DNA of 64,000 nucleotides from Marsupella aquatica (lineage: Eukaryota > Plantae > Marchantiophyta). Positions 60,017 through 64,000 of the stretch are shown in pieces. The stretch covers positions 15,995,375-16,059,374 of the forward strand of contig OZ316897.1 in NCBI GenBank assembly GCA_973895155.1. Reading direction: 5' to 3'. The notes beneath the pieces are model-generated. The model was not told the origin of the DNA and ran no database searches. It was given only the letters and a program-made list of their open reading frames with translations. How positions within the stretch are numbered: the first letter of the stretch is position 1; each line of letters opens with the position of its first letter. Both the position numbers and the translations under genes were made by a program.

Positions 60017-63000
60017 TTAGAGGGGATGCCACTCTTTTGAATGCTAACTGCTCACTTTTAGAGTCAGCAGCAGCTATGTTGAAGGATTGGTCAATCATGT
60101 CAAGGGGGTGAGGATTGACAATGAGCATCCTTTGTTTCTGTCATTATTTTGGATTCAGCTCTTACCAATGCATACAGTGTTACATATTGTCTTTCATTCA
60201 CGAGATGGATTGCCAGTAAACAACTCATCGTCTTTGAAGTAGCATTTGTGTAGCTCTCACTCTGTGAACCCTGTACCCTCCCCGTCAGCCCAATGTAGAA
60301 CCCACATCACATTTCACTGGCACTTTAATTTGCGTTGTGCCGCTGGCAGCGTTTTTGTGAGGGGGAGCTGATTGCAATGCCTTTTGCTTTGTCTCAATTG
60401 TGTTTTGTGTGATGAGAGTACCAGCTGATGTTGGTCTTGATGTCTTGATCAGGCTTGGAGGCAAAGGATTGCATATATGGAATGAGTAAAGTGAGCAGTC
60501 TGACTGCTTTACATTTTGGCAAGGAGCGGGGGTTCTGGAACGATAGAGCATATAACTCTTGAAACTGACTCACTACGTAGCATGCAGAAGATCACGTTGT
60601 AGTCAATCTAATCTGGTCTTCCAATACTATAATCACGAAGACGTGTCCCAATCAGATATATTATCTGATTAGACTACGTGTCTATGTCTATTTAGACATT
60701 TATTTAGAGCCATGTCGCACCGCAATAGAGTTGGTAGCGTGGCAGAGTAGATACAGTATGTTAGATTTGATGTGATTTAGTATATCTACTAAAGTACTAA
60801 TTAATGCATTGCATGCATCATATATCGGGGATAGTAGTAGGTAGACAATGGCAATCAAATTATAGTATGCCATGTGTACTGTTGCAAGTTTGAATGTGTT
60901 TACTTGGCTCTATGGTATAAAGCCTTGAGTGCATTTCTCAGTGAAACAAGCATTTAGATTGTTGTCAATATTCCAATAGTAACTTGGACAGGTGCAGTGC
61001 AGGTTTAATTTGATATGAAGATTTTGTCCATTATTGTGGACTTGCTCAAAGAAATCTGCAAGCGGGGCAGAGGATCAGGATACTTTCAAAGCTCAGCCTC
61101 TTGGGTACGATGGACTTCAATTCTTGAAGCTGATCACAAGATGATTGAAAAAAGTATCTCAATTGAGGAAAGCGTGAAATGTTGTTACTGGGCAGAGAAT
61201 TCTCTACATTCCAGACGCCAAGATATATAGAAACATTGCTGGTCAGCATTTTGGGGCCGTGGAGACCATGATTGTGGGTATTGTTGCTGTCTGTTGACTT
61301 TTGTTCAATTCTACCCAAATCCAGACATTTGTATCTGCTATCCAGGTTACTTTCAACGTGAAGAGCCTTGGCACTTTGGAGACTAGATTCTCGGCAAGTG
61401 TTGTCCCTTATCCAGCTTCCTCTAGCAAATGTGTGACATCTCACAGGGAATGTGTTTCATCAGCCTCTGCTCACAAGAACAGGGAGGAGCTGTCAATTAT
61501 AGGATCCTCTCATAAGAACAGAAGGGGTGCTGATTTGCTCGACTCCAGTCGAGCATGCAGCACTTCCACACACCCTCTTGTATTGGATGATTGTTTGGAA
61601 CCAAAAAAAACTTAATTTTCTGGCCTATGTCTCTCAAGCCTGTGCTCTATTTAGCTCAAGATAATGAGAGCCCAATAGACGGGAGAGGAAAGGAAAGGAT
61701 CCAGAGCATTTGGCACCAGCACGGACTAAGGCACCAGAAGTTGGTGGGTCCCAACGTGAAGATGTTTGGGGCAGCAGAATAGCAAAAAAAATTATATCTT
61801 AAAATCAACCAACTGCAATAAGCTTGTTCTAGCCTACCACTCTCCCCAAAAAACAGTTGCACAAAAAGTGTCCCAAGCACCAAGGTAGCTAATGATCCCT
61901 ACCTGAAAGTACTATCCCTACTATGCATACCTGTCAATATCTTACAATGCCCTATTTTATCAATCATGAAACATTTAATATTCTCCAATAAGATACTTGG
62001 ATAATTCTCTTGAATGTGTGTTGTATAGTGATGTAGTAGATGGCCTCCTGAGACTCCAATAATGATCATCTTCCTTTCATGACGTAGGCTCAGCCATTAG
62101 ACATATGACACGACCAAGTGAAAATCATTGCAGGGTGGGTACCATCACTTTCCTAATGGAATGGTCAAGCATTCTTTACCGTGGGATCTGCTTTGGGTCT
62201 CCATCCATGGTATTATGAAAAGCTCATCTCCAATGCTTGGCCCAGGCTTTGACCGGTACCAACTCCATACCTTCCACTGATGAGTCATTGTTGTGGCCCA
62301 CTCAATCTCTCCATCTCCTGCATTGTGGATCATGTGTCTCCAGGGTTGGCACCTTTTCCAAGGTGTGGCAATTTTGGTTTTGGCAATAATGCCTTGTGGA
62401 TCCTGTCCCCTGGTTTGGCCCTTTTTGTAATATATATGTAATGCCTTTTTGGATCCTCTCCTCTCATGTTTTGGGACTTTGGGAGATATATATGATCCTT
62501 GTGGATCCCGTATATGACAATATATTTTGTATTATATCTATATCATAATCATAATAAACTTTGAATCATTGAGTGTACATTCTCTATTATTATATGTTGA
62601 TGTGTAATATTTATACATTGATCTGTAATTACAGGGATGCCGAATAGAATGTGGAGTACACTCATAACCCCTAAGTGCACGCATACATATATTCCACTCC
62701 TCCCTAAGTGCAATATGTATATGAAAAGGTATTGTTTTATAGTGCATTGTGTATGTAATGCCTCCAAAATGATAACTTCAGATCTAGTTTTGAGTGACTA
62801 TTATTGTCCATGCATGATACTCTGGTAATAGGGCCTTGACACACTTAAAGGCCTTATTTGTACTAATCTGAGTAAGTAAAGGAGAATCTTCAAATTGATC
62901 CAAATTTTCATTGCGGATTTGTCTGGGGAAATGCACTGAAATTGCTGAGAACAATAGGAGTAGAAAGTTTCACTTATGGCAATTAGGGAGAACTGCAATT

Positions 63001-63644
63001 TGTCGCACGAATTGCAATTGTATGCCATTGTTGCATTTGTGAAGGCTAACAGCAAATTTCAAGCAGGCCTGGTGCCAAAGCTACCCTCCCCAAAGCTCAT
63101 GCACTGGACTGGACGGAATCCCCTGTGCTATCTACTCCCATTTACAAAGCAAGTAGTGCAGATTGAGTGCCACAAAGGATATCATCATTCTGCATTATTT
63201 AGCAGACTACAGTGAAAGAAATGGGTCTCCTTCATGAAACTTCTCCAATGCCAATGCTACAAAGCCTGCGTTCATCAGGAATGGGTTTTCCACCTTTTAT
63301 GGACACATTTCTCTCTTCTGTGCAGAGTAAATGTCATACACTTTCTCCATGATTTCCTTGCAAAAATGGGCAGCTCCTTTGCAAATGTTGTAGATTTCAG
63401 TGTGTGAACATTTACCGTGTGCAAGGCAGGGTTTACATCAAAACCTGGATAACTGCAATGCATACATGGGGACTGACAGTCATTTGCATGTAAGGCATCT
63501 CTGGGGAAATTGTCCCACTTAATGGTTGCTTATATGCATAAGTGCAATTCCGTTCTTATAGAGGATTGCACTTGCACTTCCCCTTATGTCAAATTGCACA
63601 ATCCTCCAACTCCCATGTATTGCTTTGTTTTGGAGAGTAACAAA

Positions 63645-63875
63645 AAAACTGCAGGTACTCGAGGGATTCAGCTTAATTATGGAGGTTGCATATTTTTGTT
63701 TTTGGTAGTAAGGAAAACTTGCACTACTCGAGGGATTCAGCTTATGAAGGTTGCCTTTACTTACTCCAGGGATTCAGCTTAATTATGGAGGTTGCATATT
63801 TTTGGTTTTGGTAGTAAGGAAAACTTGCACTACTCGAGGGATTCAGCTTATGAAGGTTGCCTTTACTGAGGGATC
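63645..63875. repeat. Nested tandem duplication (~110-bp unit made of shorter agggattcagctta subunits)
   Basis: agggattcagcttaattatggaggttgcatatttt...aaaacttgcactactcgagggattcagcttatgaaggttgcctttact occurs twice. Confidence 0.9.
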
Positions 63876-64000
63876 AGTGTAGCAGTAGAGAGAATTGTAG
63901 TAGAAGAAAACAACTGGTTGTGGGGTCCTCCTTAGTTTCCAGGTGAAGGATTGCTTGGATCAAATTTGAGAGGTTGAGAAGTGGGCAGGTATGGTGAACA

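Noticed and set aside
60650-60670. Perfect small hairpin aatcagata-tat-tatctgatt as a miRNA precursor
   Set aside because: The stem is only 9 bp and AT-rich; too short for a plant pre-miRNA.
60100-62540. Probable very old LINE remains (similar UTR-like tracts at 350-480, 22180-22800, 33840-34250 and 41640-42250)
   Set aside because: Only a compositional resemblance; no clear RT or endonuclease motif to anchor a call.

Overview
Eukaryotic land-plant DNA. It is probably a bryophyte/liverwort-type genome, inferred from gene content and intron style and not confirmed. The window is transposon-rich with few host genes. Host genes: two intronless DUF4228/PADRE genes (+), a SWIM plus RING zinc-finger gene (-), a ~10-exon plastid anthranilate phosphoribosyltransferase (+), and a 5'-truncated, intron-retaining glycyl-tRNA synthetase pseudogene (+). 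The centrepiece is a young but inactivated Ty1/copia element (23147-31706) with TC...CA ends and a half-tRNA-iMet-type PBS. Its RT is split by a 4039-bp TG...CA insertion with a 5-bp TSD that looks like a Ty3/gypsy solo LTR, yet carries its own TATA box and an ~890-codon ORF. Also present: a 1.5-kb solo-LTR-like insertion with unusual AG...CT ends, two Tourist/PIF MITEs, Helitron-like ends with a 35-bp minisatellite, a LINE 3' fragment, and several tandem and dispersed repeats. All calls were made by eye; no database search was run.
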